A stretch of DNA of 64,000 bases from an uncultured bacterium (GTDB taxonomy: Bacteria > Cyanobacteriota > Vampirovibrionia > Gastranaerophilales > Gastranaerophilaceae). The stretch covers positions 29,169-93,168 of the forward strand of contig CACWHC010000003.1 of assembly GCA_902760645.1 (NCBI GenBank). Reading direction: 5' to 3'. The position numbers and the translations under genes are program-made. The notes beneath the pieces are model-generated. The model had not been told where the DNA came from. It searched no databases and worked only from the letters and a program-made list of their open reading frames with translations. Of this stretch, positions 17,477 to 27,797 are shown in pieces. Each line of letters begins with the position of its first letter. The first letter of the stretch is position 1.

Positions 17477-17815
17477 ATGACACCATTAGGAATGTCACGA
17501 GCTTTTATGATACCAAGCTCAGCATCAATGGCTGAACGCTACGGATCGGGCGGCGGTAATACTTATATTCAGAATAATTTTTACAATGGAGCAGCGACAA
17601 GCGGCAGCTGTTTTGGAACGTACTCAAACAGACACGCAGGGAACAAGGTCTATATGGCACCAAATATGTATGACCCGGGATGTCATTTTCATCATCACCA
17701 CCATCATCATTGCGGTCCAAGAGTTCCTGAATGGTTAATGCATGTAGGAATTGGATTAAACGTACTGGGAGGTATAGCTAACCTATTCAAGGGTAATTCA
17801 AGCCAGGGAAGCTAA
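17477..17815 (+). CDS. small His-rich hypothetical protein
   Basis: SD aaagga upstream. 112 aa with a G/S/N-rich N-terminal half, CHFHHHHHHHCGP (17681-17713), and a hydrophobic C-terminal segment WLMHVGIGLNVLGGIANLF. Confidence 0.55.
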   Translation: MTPLGMSRAFMIPSSASMAERYGSGGGNTYIQNNFYNGAATSGSCFGTYSNRHAGNKVYMAPNMYDPGCHFHHHHHHHCGPRVPEWLMHVGIGLNVLGGIANLFKGNSSQGS

Positions 17816-17837
17816 AAGGGATATACAGAAGCCAAAA

Positions 17838-18548
17838 TTATTTCATAATAATTTTGGCTTCGACTTTTTTATAGGCATTTGATGAATTTTCAAGACTTCG
17901 TGCAAGTTCAGCAGCTGTGTTCGCAGTATAAAATTTTCCTCCTGTTACAAGCGAAGTGCATTGTAATTGGTCTAAATCTTCTTCATCAGAAATATTAAAC
18001 GCAATAACATCAATTTTCACATCTTTGCGAAGTTTCATAAGGCTTATAACAAATTTACAAGGGCTCTCATCACAGTTTTCACCTCCATCAGTCAATAAAA
18101 TAATATGTTTTTTACCGGTAAAACCGACAAAATCATACTTTATAGCTTGTTTTAATGAAAAAGTAATAGGAGTCATACCCCTTGGGTGAGTACTATCGAG
18201 AGCTGAATTTATTAGAGACGTATCAAGCTTACCTATAGGTACAGCTAAGGAAGATGCCCTGCAAGCATCTAAGGGTGTAAAACCAACTTTATGCCCATAA
18301 ACCCTTAATCCCACCATACTATTAGGGTTAATCTTAGGTAAAAGTGATTTAACAGTTTCTATCATCATTTCGGCTTTGCTATTACCCTCCAAAAATTCGG
18401 ACATGGAATTAGAAAAATCAAGAATAAACAATGTCATTTCATCCGGAAGCGAAGAATATTCATAGCCGTAAGGACTGTAAACACCATAATCTGAAGCATA
18501 TACAGCCGGAATAAAAAGAATTATTAACAGATATAAAAGTTTTTTCAT
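17838..18548 (-). CDS. secreted von Willebrand factor A (vWA) domain protein
   Basis: Signal peptide MKKLLYLLIILFIPAVYA. MIDAS motif LDFSNSMS and IILLTDGGEN. Confidence 0.8.
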   Translation of the reverse strand: MKKLLYLLIILFIPAVYASDYGVYSPYGYEYSSLPDEMTLFILDFSNSMSEFLEGNSKAEMMIETVKSLLPKINPNSMVGLRVYGHKVGFTPLDACRASSLAVPIGKLDTSLINSALDSTHPRGMTPITFSLKQAIKYDFVGFTGKKHIILLTDGGENCDESPCKFVISLMKLRKDVKIDVIAFNISDEEDLDQLQCTSLVTGGKFYTANTAAELARSLENSSNAYKKVEAKIIMK

Positions 18549-18619
18549 AATAACAAGTTATAAAAGGGAAAACATAAAATCATCCCCTAACAAGTCAATT
18601 AAAAAAATTATACTTAAAA

Positions 18620-19531
18620 TTAAAGCAGAATTAATTCCTTCTGATTAAGGGTTGCCTGAACACCAATCGGGATTGTTTGCTTTTCAGGACCATGAGTGAA
18701 TTTAAATCCGGAATACGCGGGGACATTCATTTTAACTGCAAATTCAAGCAATACATCTTTTAACCATTCACCATTATCCGTATCAGTAAATTCACCAAAA
18801 GCAATACCTGCAATATTCTTCTTAAATTGTCTGATATTTGCAAGCTGATTTAACATTCTGTCAATTTTATAAACGGGTTCACCAATATCTTCGGTAAAAA
18901 ATATAAATTTTTCGTCAGGAATAAAACCGTTGACATTAGATACGTTTAATTTTAAATTATCACACGCTAAAACAGAAACAACCGTTGACAAATTTCCACC
19001 CCAAACTAAACCCTTAGCTTCTCCGGGCAAAATAATATCAGAGTAACTATAAATATCAAAATTTCTGCTTAAAACATTGAAAAAAGATTTTTCGGTAAGT
19101 AGTGAAATATCATCAGCAAAATCACTTTGAGGCATAGGGGAAGAATAAGTAATTAAACCGGTACACTTAAAAAATGCAAGGGATAATGCCGTAATATCAG
19201 AATATCCGCAAAATATTTTTGGATTGTCACGTATTATATTAAAATCTATATAAGGCAAAAGTCTAATTGCACCATAACCGCCTCTTGCACAGAAAACAGC
19301 ATTTATATCCGGATTAGCGAATGCATTATGCAAATCATCCAACCTTTCAAAGTCAGCACCGGACATATACCGTTTTTCACCAAACAAATTTTTACCAAAA
19401 ACTACATTATAACCTTTATCCTCAAAATACTTTTGTGCAGATAAAACTTTGTCCTTATCTACAGCACCAGAAGGTGCAATTATAGCAATAGTATCCCCCT
19501 GCTCTAACGACTTAGGTTTAATTAATTTCAT
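18620..19531 (-). CDS. ldcA: LD-carboxypeptidase (peptidase S66)
   Basis: GDTIAIIAPSG, CARGGYGA, and GYSDITAL (nucleophile Ser). The C-terminal part holds FTHG. Confidence 0.85.
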   Translation of the reverse strand: MKLIKPKSLEQGDTIAIIAPSGAVDKDKVLSAQKYFEDKGYNVVFGKNLFGEKRYMSGADFERLDDLHNAFANPDINAVFCARGGYGAIRLLPYIDFNIIRDNPKIFCGYSDITALSLAFFKCTGLITYSSPMPQSDFADDISLLTEKSFFNVLSRNFDIYSYSDIILPGEAKGLVWGGNLSTVVSVLACDNLKLNVSNVNGFIPDEKFIFFTEDIGEPVYKIDRMLNQLANIRQFKKNIAGIAFGEFTDTDNGEWLKDVLLEFAVKMNVPAYSGFKFTHGPEKQTIPIGVQATLNQKELILL

Positions 19532-19573
19532 AAACTACCCTCTTTAAATTTATTCTGTTATAATAATAGCATC

Positions 19574-21544
19574 ATGAATGAAAAATATATACCGCTATAC
19601 AGAAAATATCGTCCGCAAAGATTAGAAGAAATAGTTGGACAAGAACATATAAAAAATGCTCTTACCAATGCAATCAAAATAAATAAGATTTCGCACGCAT
19701 ATTTATTTACAGGTCCGAGAGGAACAGGTAAAACCTCTACTGCAAGGATTTTTGCAAAATCACTAAACTGTGAAAACGGTCCGACAATTACCCCCTGTAA
19801 TAAATGCAGCAACTGTACCAATATTACAAACTCAATACCTATCGATGTAATTGAAATAGACGCAGCGAGTAACCGTTCTGTAAATGACGCGGATGAAATT
19901 ATAAAAAAAGTAGTATTAGCGCCTGTACAAAGCCGTTACAAAATTTATATTATCGACGAAGTTCACATGCTTACACCTCAGGCATTTAATGCACTTTTGA
20001 AAACTCTTGAAGAACCGCCTGAAAATGTAATCTTTATACTGGCTACAACAGAAGTCCATAAAGTTCTTGATACTATAAAAAGCCGCTGCCAAAGATTTGA
20101 TTTCAGAAGAATTACGACCGAAGACATTATAAAGCATCTGCGATATATCTCTGACAATGAAAAAATTAATATAACAGATGATGCTCTTGCGACAATTGCG
20201 AAAAACTCTGCAGGCGGCATGCGTGACAGTATTGCATTACTTGACCAACTCAGCATTTTGGGCGGAGAAAAAGCAATTACAACAGAAGATATATATAGCT
20301 TACTTGGCAGAATATCGTTTGTCACCCTAAAAGAATTATCGGATGCAATAATTAACTCTAATGCAGAACAAGCAATAGAAACTCTTGAAAAAATTTATAA
20401 TTCGGGAAATGAACCATCTTTAATATTATCAAATTTACTTGATTATTTTAAAAACCTTCTTATTGTAAAAAATTGCAATATTAACATAGTTCAGGAGCTG
20501 ACTCAGTTAAATGATGAACAAATAAATATAATGACAAATCAGGCAAAAGAGCTTGAAACACACCAAATAACATCATTAATTGATAAAACCGCATCTTATA
20601 TCAGAGAAATTAAAATAACAAATAATCCTAAATTATGGCTTGAAGTTGGAATAATTGATTTGGCAAATTTAACTGAAAATACTAAGTTGGCAGACTTGCA
20701 AGAAAGAATTACAAAACTTGAAAGCGGACAAGTTCAGGCGGGTACACCTGCTGTTAAATCGATTCAAAAGCCTCAGCCTGAAGTAATTTCAGAAGTACAT
20801 AAAATAAAAGAACAATTTATAGCTAAAAAAGAAGCCGAAGAAGCAAAAAATCTACCCAACAGTCAGGATGTCAAATCTGAATTAACGAATACAACTATAA
20901 GGCCAAAGGAATCGCCTGTTACAAACACAGTTAACGCTACGGATAATAAAGCCTCCGAAACTAAACCCGAAGAAATTTATCAAAAAGCTGAAACAGGAAT
21001 TTCTTCGGAATTTTCACCTATGCCTAAAGCTAAACCTCTGGATAAAAATGACATTTCTGTACTTTGGGGGGGATTACTCTCAGCAGTATCATCAACCCCT
21101 ACAAGAGTATTGATGAAACAATGGGTAAATCCAATAAAAATTACACCTGAAGAAACCATACTTTCAATTAAAAATGAAATGTTGCTAAACCAATTTACAT
21201 CAGGGAACAAAAAATTGGCAGTAATTAACGCTGTCGACACTCTGTTTTCACAGACGGAATCCAACGTTATAGTAAGGTTGCCGTTACCTTCCGATGTACA
21301 AGTAAAAGCAGAGAATTCTCAACCCAAAACACCGGTAAAAATATCTGCCCCAACTCAAAAACCGCCCGTTGAAAAGGCGACAGAAAAAGATACACTTGAT
21401 GTTGATGATATACAAAATGAAAATGAAGATTCTGTTCAAAATGAAGACGGGAAACAGATAATAAAAACGAAATCACATGCCGTTAACCACTCAGACCAGG
21501 TAAATATGGTCATGGACTTGTTTGACGGAAAAATAATTGAATAA
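19574..21544 (+). CDS. dnaX: DNA polymerase III subunit gamma/tau
   Basis: YRPQRLEEIVGQEHI, Walker A GPRGTGKTS, Zn module CNKCSNC, IIDEVHMLT, and SRCQRFDF. Confidence 0.93.
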   Translation: MNEKYIPLYRKYRPQRLEEIVGQEHIKNALTNAIKINKISHAYLFTGPRGTGKTSTARIFAKSLNCENGPTITPCNKCSNCTNITNSIPIDVIEIDAASNRSVNDADEIIKKVVLAPVQSRYKIYIIDEVHMLTPQAFNALLKTLEEPPENVIFILATTEVHKVLDTIKSRCQRFDFRRITTEDIIKHLRYISDNEKINITDDALATIAKNSAGGMRDSIALLDQLSILGGEKAITTEDIYSLLGRISFVTLKELSDAIINSNAEQAIETLEKIYNSGNEPSLILSNLLDYFKNLLIVKNCNINIVQELTQLNDEQINIMTNQAKELETHQITSLIDKTASYIREIKITNNPKLWLEVGIIDLANLTENTKLADLQERITKLESGQVQAGTPAVKSIQKPQPEVISEVHKIKEQFIAKKEAEEAKNLPNSQDVKSELTNTTIRPKESPVTNTVNATDNKASETKPEEIYQKAETGISSEFSPMPKAKPLDKNDISVLWGGLLSAVSSTPTRVLMKQWVNPIKITPEETILSIKNEMLLNQFTSGNKKLAVINAVDTLFSQTESNVIVRLPLPSDVQVKAENSQPKTPVKISAPTQKPPVEKATEKDTLDVDDIQNENEDSVQNEDGKQIIKTKSHAVNHSDQVNMVMDLFDGKIIE

Positions 21545-23458
21545 CTAATTCATATATTTTGAAGTAAATGAGTTTATCTGCTTTTTGAGTACAGAATCAT
21601 CCGCCTTAACAACATTTTGAGATTTATCTGCATCTGGGTTGTACTTTTCTCCTCTTTTTGCAGCTTCTTCCATTTTCTTTAATTCTTCAGCCATCTCAGC
21701 TTTAACTTGTTCAACGGTTTTACCTTCAGCTTTAGCAACGCGGGCAATACGTTTTTCTTCATTTGCAGCAGACATGGTAGCATTAATCTTAGGCAAGTAG
21801 TAACCGAGGAATATACCTGAATAAGCATAACCAATCAGCTGTGCTATATCAAGTGTAAATAATTTCTTCCATAATTTTGATTTTTCTTCAGCCGGCAAGT
21901 TCTTAATTTGCTGAATAAGTTTTGCATAAGACAAAGCTTTGCCGTCACTTGTAACTTCTATACCGTGTTTGCCAAGAGTTTCCAGCAACACTTCATCTCT
22001 TGATTTAACAGAAGAATTTTTAAACCAGCTAATAATACCTTTTCCTGCATTTCTTGGCATATTGATTAATTCCTTGTTAAATAATCTTGTAGCACCCTTA
22101 GTAACAAGTGCGCCAAGTATCAACAGATTTAGGAATCCTAAACTATCTTTTACAGCTGATTCTCTTAACTCATCCTTATCTCTTGCACACATAAATCTTG
22201 ATACAATAGTCATACCGTATACAAATTTTAATTGATTAATAGTCGGCATCATACCTTTGAATTGTATCTTTGATAAAAATCTGTTTACAAATTGTTTCAA
22301 CTGTTCTGATTTTGGAAGAGCTTTGCTTAATTCTTTTGCTGCTGATTTCTTATCTCCAATCATAATGGTAGAAATAGCACCTGCACCAAATAACAATGCC
22401 ATAGCAGTTTTCAAAATCTTAAAGCTTGTAGATTTATCCTTCTTTCTGCCCGGAACACCAGGGAAACCATCGATACCGGTCTTTTTCTTTGTTAAGTACA
22501 TATTAATAGGCTGAACAGACATACCAATAGCAGCAGCCATACCAAGACCTGCCATAGAACGGCTTACATTTAATTTTTTCAAGCCCTTCAGAACATCTAC
22601 ATCTTCTACCTGTACGGCGTCCGTAAAACTCTTGACCAATTTTTCTTTATTAAATGCCTTTGTAACGTTATGAATATTTTCAATTAAAGTAGAAAGGGTA
22701 TTATCAGCCTGAACAGGTTGACCTTTAAAGAAACCGTCAAGAACAACGCTCTTTTCTCCGCCTGTATTAGCAGTAATCAAACGTTTAATGTAGTCAACAT
22801 CCGTATCAACAATCGTATCTTTAGCATTTTTATCTTTAATCAGGTTATACAAACGGTCGATAACTTTATTTTTGGTAATTTCATCATCAATAGAAACAAG
22901 TCCGTCCGGGGATGAAGATTTAGCCGGATTATAAACTTTTATGGATGAAATAACATTATTCAAATAATCCTTTAGAGGATCAGCAGAACCTGAATGTAAT
23001 GCTTTGAACCAATTATCACCAAGTATATTCAAAGTATCATTATTTGCAAAAATCTTATGAGCTTTGAACTCATAATTTTTATTTAATGCCATTGCTAACA
23101 ATGCGCCGAGGAAAGTACCATACAACCCTACAGAAGCATGGTTGGCAGTACCTGTAGACTCTCTTCGCAAAGTTTCCATACCTGTTGGAATACCACGATT
23201 AGACATATCATATACGGTTCTTGGAATAACCATAGAACCTAAATCAACCAGATTAGCACCCCAAGCCTGATTTGTATCCAAAAATCTCAAAAACACAGCA
23301 GGGATTGCATACATCGCTGCAGAAGCACTTGTAAAGGATGGATTTTTACCGGCAATACTATTACCTGCAATTTGAGATGAAGCATCATTGCTACGACCAA
23401 TAATCACTTTATTAAATTTTTTCTGTTCAAGTTGTGGGGTTAATTGCTTTATTTCCAT
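21545..23458 (-). CDS. multi-pass membrane protein, unknown family (paralog 1)
   Basis: 637 aa. Shares blocks with 23470..25221 and 59065..61128: DLGSMVIPR, ETLRRESTG, QPINMYLTKKKTG, and SRFMCARDKDELRESAVKDSLGF. It has several hydrophobic helices and a K/E-rich C-terminus. Confidence 0.7.
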   Translation of the reverse strand: MEIKQLTPQLEQKKFNKVIIGRSNDASSQIAGNSIAGKNPSFTSASAAMYAIPAVFLRFLDTNQAWGANLVDLGSMVIPRTVYDMSNRGIPTGMETLRRESTGTANHASVGLYGTFLGALLAMALNKNYEFKAHKIFANNDTLNILGDNWFKALHSGSADPLKDYLNNVISSIKVYNPAKSSSPDGLVSIDDEITKNKVIDRLYNLIKDKNAKDTIVDTDVDYIKRLITANTGGEKSVVLDGFFKGQPVQADNTLSTLIENIHNVTKAFNKEKLVKSFTDAVQVEDVDVLKGLKKLNVSRSMAGLGMAAAIGMSVQPINMYLTKKKTGIDGFPGVPGRKKDKSTSFKILKTAMALLFGAGAISTIMIGDKKSAAKELSKALPKSEQLKQFVNRFLSKIQFKGMMPTINQLKFVYGMTIVSRFMCARDKDELRESAVKDSLGFLNLLILGALVTKGATRLFNKELINMPRNAGKGIISWFKNSSVKSRDEVLLETLGKHGIEVTSDGKALSYAKLIQQIKNLPAEEKSKLWKKLFTLDIAQLIGYAYSGIFLGYYLPKINATMSAANEEKRIARVAKAEGKTVEQVKAEMAEELKKMEEAAKRGEKYNPDADKSQNVVKADDSVLKKQINSFTSKYMN

Positions 23459-23469
23459 GATAATTTCCT

Positions 23470-25221
23470 TTACGAATTAAAAAATGCTCCAAATGCCGTT
23501 GATTCCTTATCTATAAGGTTCATCCCGAACCCATCATCCGATGTTTCGGAGGATGATGTTGATACGTTACGGGCGGCGCCGCCAGAGGACGGCATAACAG
23601 ATTGAGCATACTGATTTGAAGCAGGAATTGTATTAACAGCTTCCTGAGCCTGTTTTACTTTTCTTGCCTGATCTTTTTTATTCGTCTGTATTCTGTTAAT
23701 AAGCGGGATAAATAAACCAAGTGATAACAATGAGAACGCTAAGTTACCGAACTGACAAAGTGAACGTAAATCATTTGCTCTGCCTGAAGCTAACTCACTT
23801 GTAGATTTTAATGCTGTATCTTTTGTCCAATGCCAAAACTTCTGGAGAGGATTTGCACCCTCTTTCAGAGGTTTAAGGTCGTTTATAAGTTTATATTTAG
23901 GATTAATTTTTTCAATTAAAGTAGCAATACCTTTAGCTGCATAATCACCCAAGAAATAGAAGCTTGAGAAGGTTGCTAAATCTCTGACCGTAGATTCTCT
24001 CAAGTCGTTAAAGTCTTCCGATGCACCCATACGGCTTGCAAAAGTAGCTGTTGATACGATTCTTGCCTGATCCATAGAAGGGAAGAATTTTTTGAATTCA
24101 AGCATTCCAAGGTTAGGAATTTTCATCATAGATAACCAGGACAACCCTAACATTGAACCTATAGAAATAATTTTCTGACCAAATAATTTGCGTTTTTCTT
24201 CAGGATGTAAAATTCTTTCTTCATCATCATTGTAGATTGGAGCACCTTTTTTGCCGCTTGTTTTGTGAGTAATCCACCTGTTAATAGGCTGAGCAGCCAG
24301 TGCCAGAGGTAAAATTACTGCCATACCACCCCAGCTCTTTAACTTAACAAGTTTTTGAGCTTTAGTCATATGTTTAGCGAAATCTTCTGCAGATTCAACA
24401 CCTGCACATTTGGCATCATGTAAGACTTCAACGGTATTTTTCAATAATGATTCCAACGAATTACCGAAATAAGAATTCTTAGGATTATTTACTTTAAATT
24501 TAATATTTTCTGATATATGTGTTTTTTCTACTATATTTTCAATAGCAGCTTTTAAAGCATTTTTGTCAAGTTTTTCAGAATCAGCTAACTTTCCGAGATT
24601 TTGGAATATTTTGTCAAATTCTTCAGGTGATTTATTATAAATTTCAGCAAAAGATTTATCAATTTCTTTACCGTCAGAACCTGCCAAATCAAGAAACATT
24701 CTCTTAATCATCGCAGAATAATTTTCTGAACCTATTCCCTGATAATAAGAATTTAAAGTACTTAGTGTTGCCTTATCAGCCCAGTTATGAATAAGATTTG
24801 ATTTACTGCCCATAATAGGATTATTCAGCAATTTTGCCGCACCTATTACAAATACACCGGGCAAAATACAGTTAATTAACAGACCGGAACCTTCTCTTCT
24901 GAGTGCTTCAAAACCTGCGAATATATTAAATCTTCTTTTTTGTTTTCCGTTTTCATCAAGTATAGGATTACCATTCTCATCGGTTTGTTTAGACGCAGCA
25001 ACTGTTTCAATGATAGATCTCGGAATAATCGCCGTAGATAAATCCAGCACAGTAACGTTCAGCATAGGTTCCGCTTCGCACCTTTGCATAGCCTTTGTCG
25101 CATACCCTAACAACGATTCCAGTCCGGTAAATGACGTTTTATTTGTTTTATTATTATCCCTGCTGACTGTTGGGGTATATATTTTCTTGTCTGGTTTTTC
25201 TACACTAACTTTTCTAATCAT
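23470..25221 (-). CDS. multi-pass membrane protein, unknown family (paralog 2)
   Basis: 583 aa. Its stop lies 11 nt upstream of the paralog 1 start. Shared blocks: DLSTAIIPR, EALRREGSG, QPINRWITHKTSG, and SRMGASEDFNDLRESTVRDLATF. Confidence 0.7.
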   Translation of the reverse strand: MIRKVSVEKPDKKIYTPTVSRDNNKTNKTSFTGLESLLGYATKAMQRCEAEPMLNVTVLDLSTAIIPRSIIETVAASKQTDENGNPILDENGKQKRRFNIFAGFEALRREGSGLLINCILPGVFVIGAAKLLNNPIMGSKSNLIHNWADKATLSTLNSYYQGIGSENYSAMIKRMFLDLAGSDGKEIDKSFAEIYNKSPEEFDKIFQNLGKLADSEKLDKNALKAAIENIVEKTHISENIKFKVNNPKNSYFGNSLESLLKNTVEVLHDAKCAGVESAEDFAKHMTKAQKLVKLKSWGGMAVILPLALAAQPINRWITHKTSGKKGAPIYNDDEERILHPEEKRKLFGQKIISIGSMLGLSWLSMMKIPNLGMLEFKKFFPSMDQARIVSTATFASRMGASEDFNDLRESTVRDLATFSSFYFLGDYAAKGIATLIEKINPKYKLINDLKPLKEGANPLQKFWHWTKDTALKSTSELASGRANDLRSLCQFGNLAFSLLSLGLFIPLINRIQTNKKDQARKVKQAQEAVNTIPASNQYAQSVMPSSGGAARNVSTSSSETSDDGFGMNLIDKESTAFGAFFNS

Positions 25222-25562
25222 AACTTATTATTATTCTTTAACATGGACTATTATAACAACACTACATGTATAATAAAAGTAGGACATAAAAAAAATTGCC
25301 ATTTTTACACTAATTGTAAAGAGTATATTAAGAACAAAAATATGATATTTTTATAAATATATGATATTATTAAAACTTTATCGCATTTTTTATATATCAA
25401 TAACCGTAATTACGGCGAAATATATGTCAAAGAATTAAAATTTCTTAGTAAAAAATTTTGTAAATTTTTGTAACGATTAATGGATATTTACACGATTAGC
25501 AAGGATAATATCCCTTTTTTATAAAAAAATTACATGATATAATCAAAAGTGAAGGAGAATAT

Positions 25563-26315
25563 ATGCCTCACTTTTTTATAAAATCGGAAAACATATCCGA
25601 AAAACTAATAACAATTAAAGACCCTGATAATTACAGACATATTGCAAAATCATTACGAGCAAAAAATGGTGAAAAAATTTTATTAATTGACGAAAATAAA
25701 ATACAATATGAAGGGGAAATAACAGATATTACATCTAAAGAAATTTTGGTCAAAAGAATAAAATCATACCCTTCAAAGAGATATTTAAATTTCAAATTAT
25801 ATCTTGCACAATCACCACTCAGAAGTGACGCCCAAACTACAATAATTGAAAAAGCAACAGAACTGGGTGTTGATGGTATTTACCCGATATACACAGATAA
25901 TTGTGCATTAAATAAAACTGTAATAAATAAAAAAACAGAAAAATGGCAAAAGACAATGTATGAAGCATCAAAACAGTGTGAACGTGCAGAAATACCAAAA
26001 TGTTTTGAACTGACAGACATAAAAACTCTGAGCGAAAGCGGAGATTTTGACTATATTATAGCGTTTTGCGAAAGAAATACGGACACAACCCTTAGGAAAT
26101 TTATTGAAACTAATAATAAAATTTTCACTAAAAACAGCAAATTACTTGTTATAATAGGTCCTGAGGGCGGTTTTTCGCAAAGAGAATTTGATTATTTTAA
26201 AAACAACAAAATTCCTATGCTTACACTTGGGAATTTAATATTAAAAGCAGAAACTGCCGTAATTACGGCGTTAGGAAATCTTGTTTATGAGTATAACTAT
26301 TCAAGAAAAAATTAA
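25563..26315 (+). CDS. rsmE: 16S rRNA (uracil1498-N3)-methyltransferase
   Basis: SD aaggag upstream. MPHFFI start, and C-terminal IIGPEGGFSQREF...LGNLILKAETA, typical of RsmE. Confidence 0.88.
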   Translation: MPHFFIKSENISEKLITIKDPDNYRHIAKSLRAKNGEKILLIDENKIQYEGEITDITSKEILVKRIKSYPSKRYLNFKLYLAQSPLRSDAQTTIIEKATELGVDGIYPIYTDNCALNKTVINKKTEKWQKTMYEASKQCERAEIPKCFELTDIKTLSESGDFDYIIAFCERNTDTTLRKFIETNNKIFTKNSKLLVIIGPEGGFSQREFDYFKNNKIPMLTLGNLILKAETAVITALGNLVYEYNYSRKN

Positions 26316-27711
26316 ATCCGATAAAATACTATCTACAATAGTCAAGAACTTTCCGACTAGCGAAATATACTTAGTGGGTGGGGCTGTCAGAGATTATTTC
26401 ATGGATAAAATATCCCCTGACAGAGATATGATTATAACTGACATTAGTGCAAAAGTTTTTGCAGAGCAACTGCAAAAGATTTTCCCGTCAACATTAATAA
26501 CACTTGACGAAAAAAATAACATATACAGATTGGTACTAAAAGACAGTAAAAACAAATATAACCCTGAAATGATTGATATAACAAATCCTGTAGAAAATTC
26601 ACTCGAACGTGATTTAATGAGAAGAGATTTAACAATTAATGCCATAGCCTTAAACTTAAACAGCGGTAAAATTACAGACCTGTTTGGAGGTATTGCTGAT
26701 ATAAAAAATCATACTCTTAATCATATAGAAGAAATTAATTTTGTTGATGACCCTCTAAGATTATTAAGAGTTTACAGATTTCAGGCTGTATTGGATTTTG
26801 AGATTGGTACAGACACAATTCAGGCTATTTGCAAATATTCTGATTTAATTTCAAAACCGGCAAAGGAAAGAGTTTTATATGAATTAATGAAGCTCTTTAA
26901 CGGGAAATATACATCAACTGCGTTAATAAATATGAATAAAACCTGGTTGCTGGAAAAAATATTTCCATGTGTAAAAGAAATGAAACAGGTTCCTCCTAAT
27001 TCTCATCATCATTTGGATTTACTACACCACAGTATTGAAGCAGTAAATCAAATTCAACAATTATACGAGGAGGCAGATGACAGAGTTAAAGAACACCTGG
27101 ATAAATGTGATTTTGGAGGATTTTCAAGACTTGCACACCTCAAATTTGCAGGATTTTTGCACGATATTGGGAAGTTCTCAACATGGACCATAGACAAAGA
27201 AACAGGACGCCACAGATTTATAAAACACGATGAAGTCGGCTCGAAAATGGTTAAACCGATACTCAAAAATTTAACCTGCTCAAATAAACAAATTGAATAT
27301 ATTTCAAATATGATTAAAAATCACATATATCCGTCTTCTCTTATGCAGGAAGAAAATGTTAATGAGAAAGCAATGATGCGATATTTAAGGAAACTTGGGG
27401 ACAACGTAATCGACAACATTATATTGGCAAAAGCTGACAGACTGTCTGCAAGAGGGGAAGTAATTACAGATGAAATGGTTGAGTCAAATATTAAATCACT
27501 TGACAGATTAATGGAATTTTATTTTGCATCATTAAATGAATTAAAACCGCCGGAAAAACTACTTAACGGGGATGATATTATACAAATTTTAAATATAGAA
27601 GCCGGTCCAAAACTTGGGAAAATTATGCAAGCACTTCATGATGAGCAGCTTGACGGAAACATTAAAACAAAAGATGATGCCATTAAGTTTATTAAAAATA
27701 TAAAATTATAA
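26287..27711 (+). CDS. cca: CCA-adding tRNA nucleotidyltransferase with HD domain
   Basis: LVGGAVRDYF, RRDLTINA, DPLRLLRVYRF, and an HD region HHLDLLHHS...FLHDIGK. ATG 26287 is preferred over the upstream TTG. Confidence 0.85.
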   Translation: MSITIQEKIKSDKILSTIVKNFPTSEIYLVGGAVRDYFMDKISPDRDMIITDISAKVFAEQLQKIFPSTLITLDEKNNIYRLVLKDSKNKYNPEMIDITNPVENSLERDLMRRDLTINAIALNLNSGKITDLFGGIADIKNHTLNHIEEINFVDDPLRLLRVYRFQAVLDFEIGTDTIQAICKYSDLISKPAKERVLYELMKLFNGKYTSTALINMNKTWLLEKIFPCVKEMKQVPPNSHHHLDLLHHSIEAVNQIQQLYEEADDRVKEHLDKCDFGGFSRLAHLKFAGFLHDIGKFSTWTIDKETGRHRFIKHDEVGSKMVKPILKNLTCSNKQIEYISNMIKNHIYPSSLMQEENVNEKAMMRYLRKLGDNVIDNIILAKADRLSARGEVITDEMVESNIKSLDRLMEFYFASLNELKPPEKLLNGDDIIQILNIEAGPKLGKIMQALHDEQLDGNIKTKDDAIKFIKNIKL

Positions 27712-27797
27712 AAATATTAATTCTTCATTAATTTATTATGACTTTCTTAAAAATGACGTTAAAATAATAATATCTAGTTAAGAATGGAGTGATGCAA

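Noticed and set aside
20825-20830. A6 run in dnaX (gct aaa aaa gaa) as a possible gamma/tau frameshift site
   Set aside because: It is not a proper X XXY YYZ heptamer in the zero frame. The -1 frame runs another 16 or so codons instead of stopping at once, and no downstream stem-loop is evident. AT-rich genomes contain many such runs.
25482-25520. ggatatt/aatatcc hairpin plus T-run in the rsmE upstream region, possibly a small-RNA terminator. A 12-bp palindrome ccgtaattacgg lies at 25404-25415.
   Set aside because: The stem is only 7 bp with an 18-nt loop in very AT-rich DNA. No upstream promoter or conserved structure can be argued from this sequence alone.
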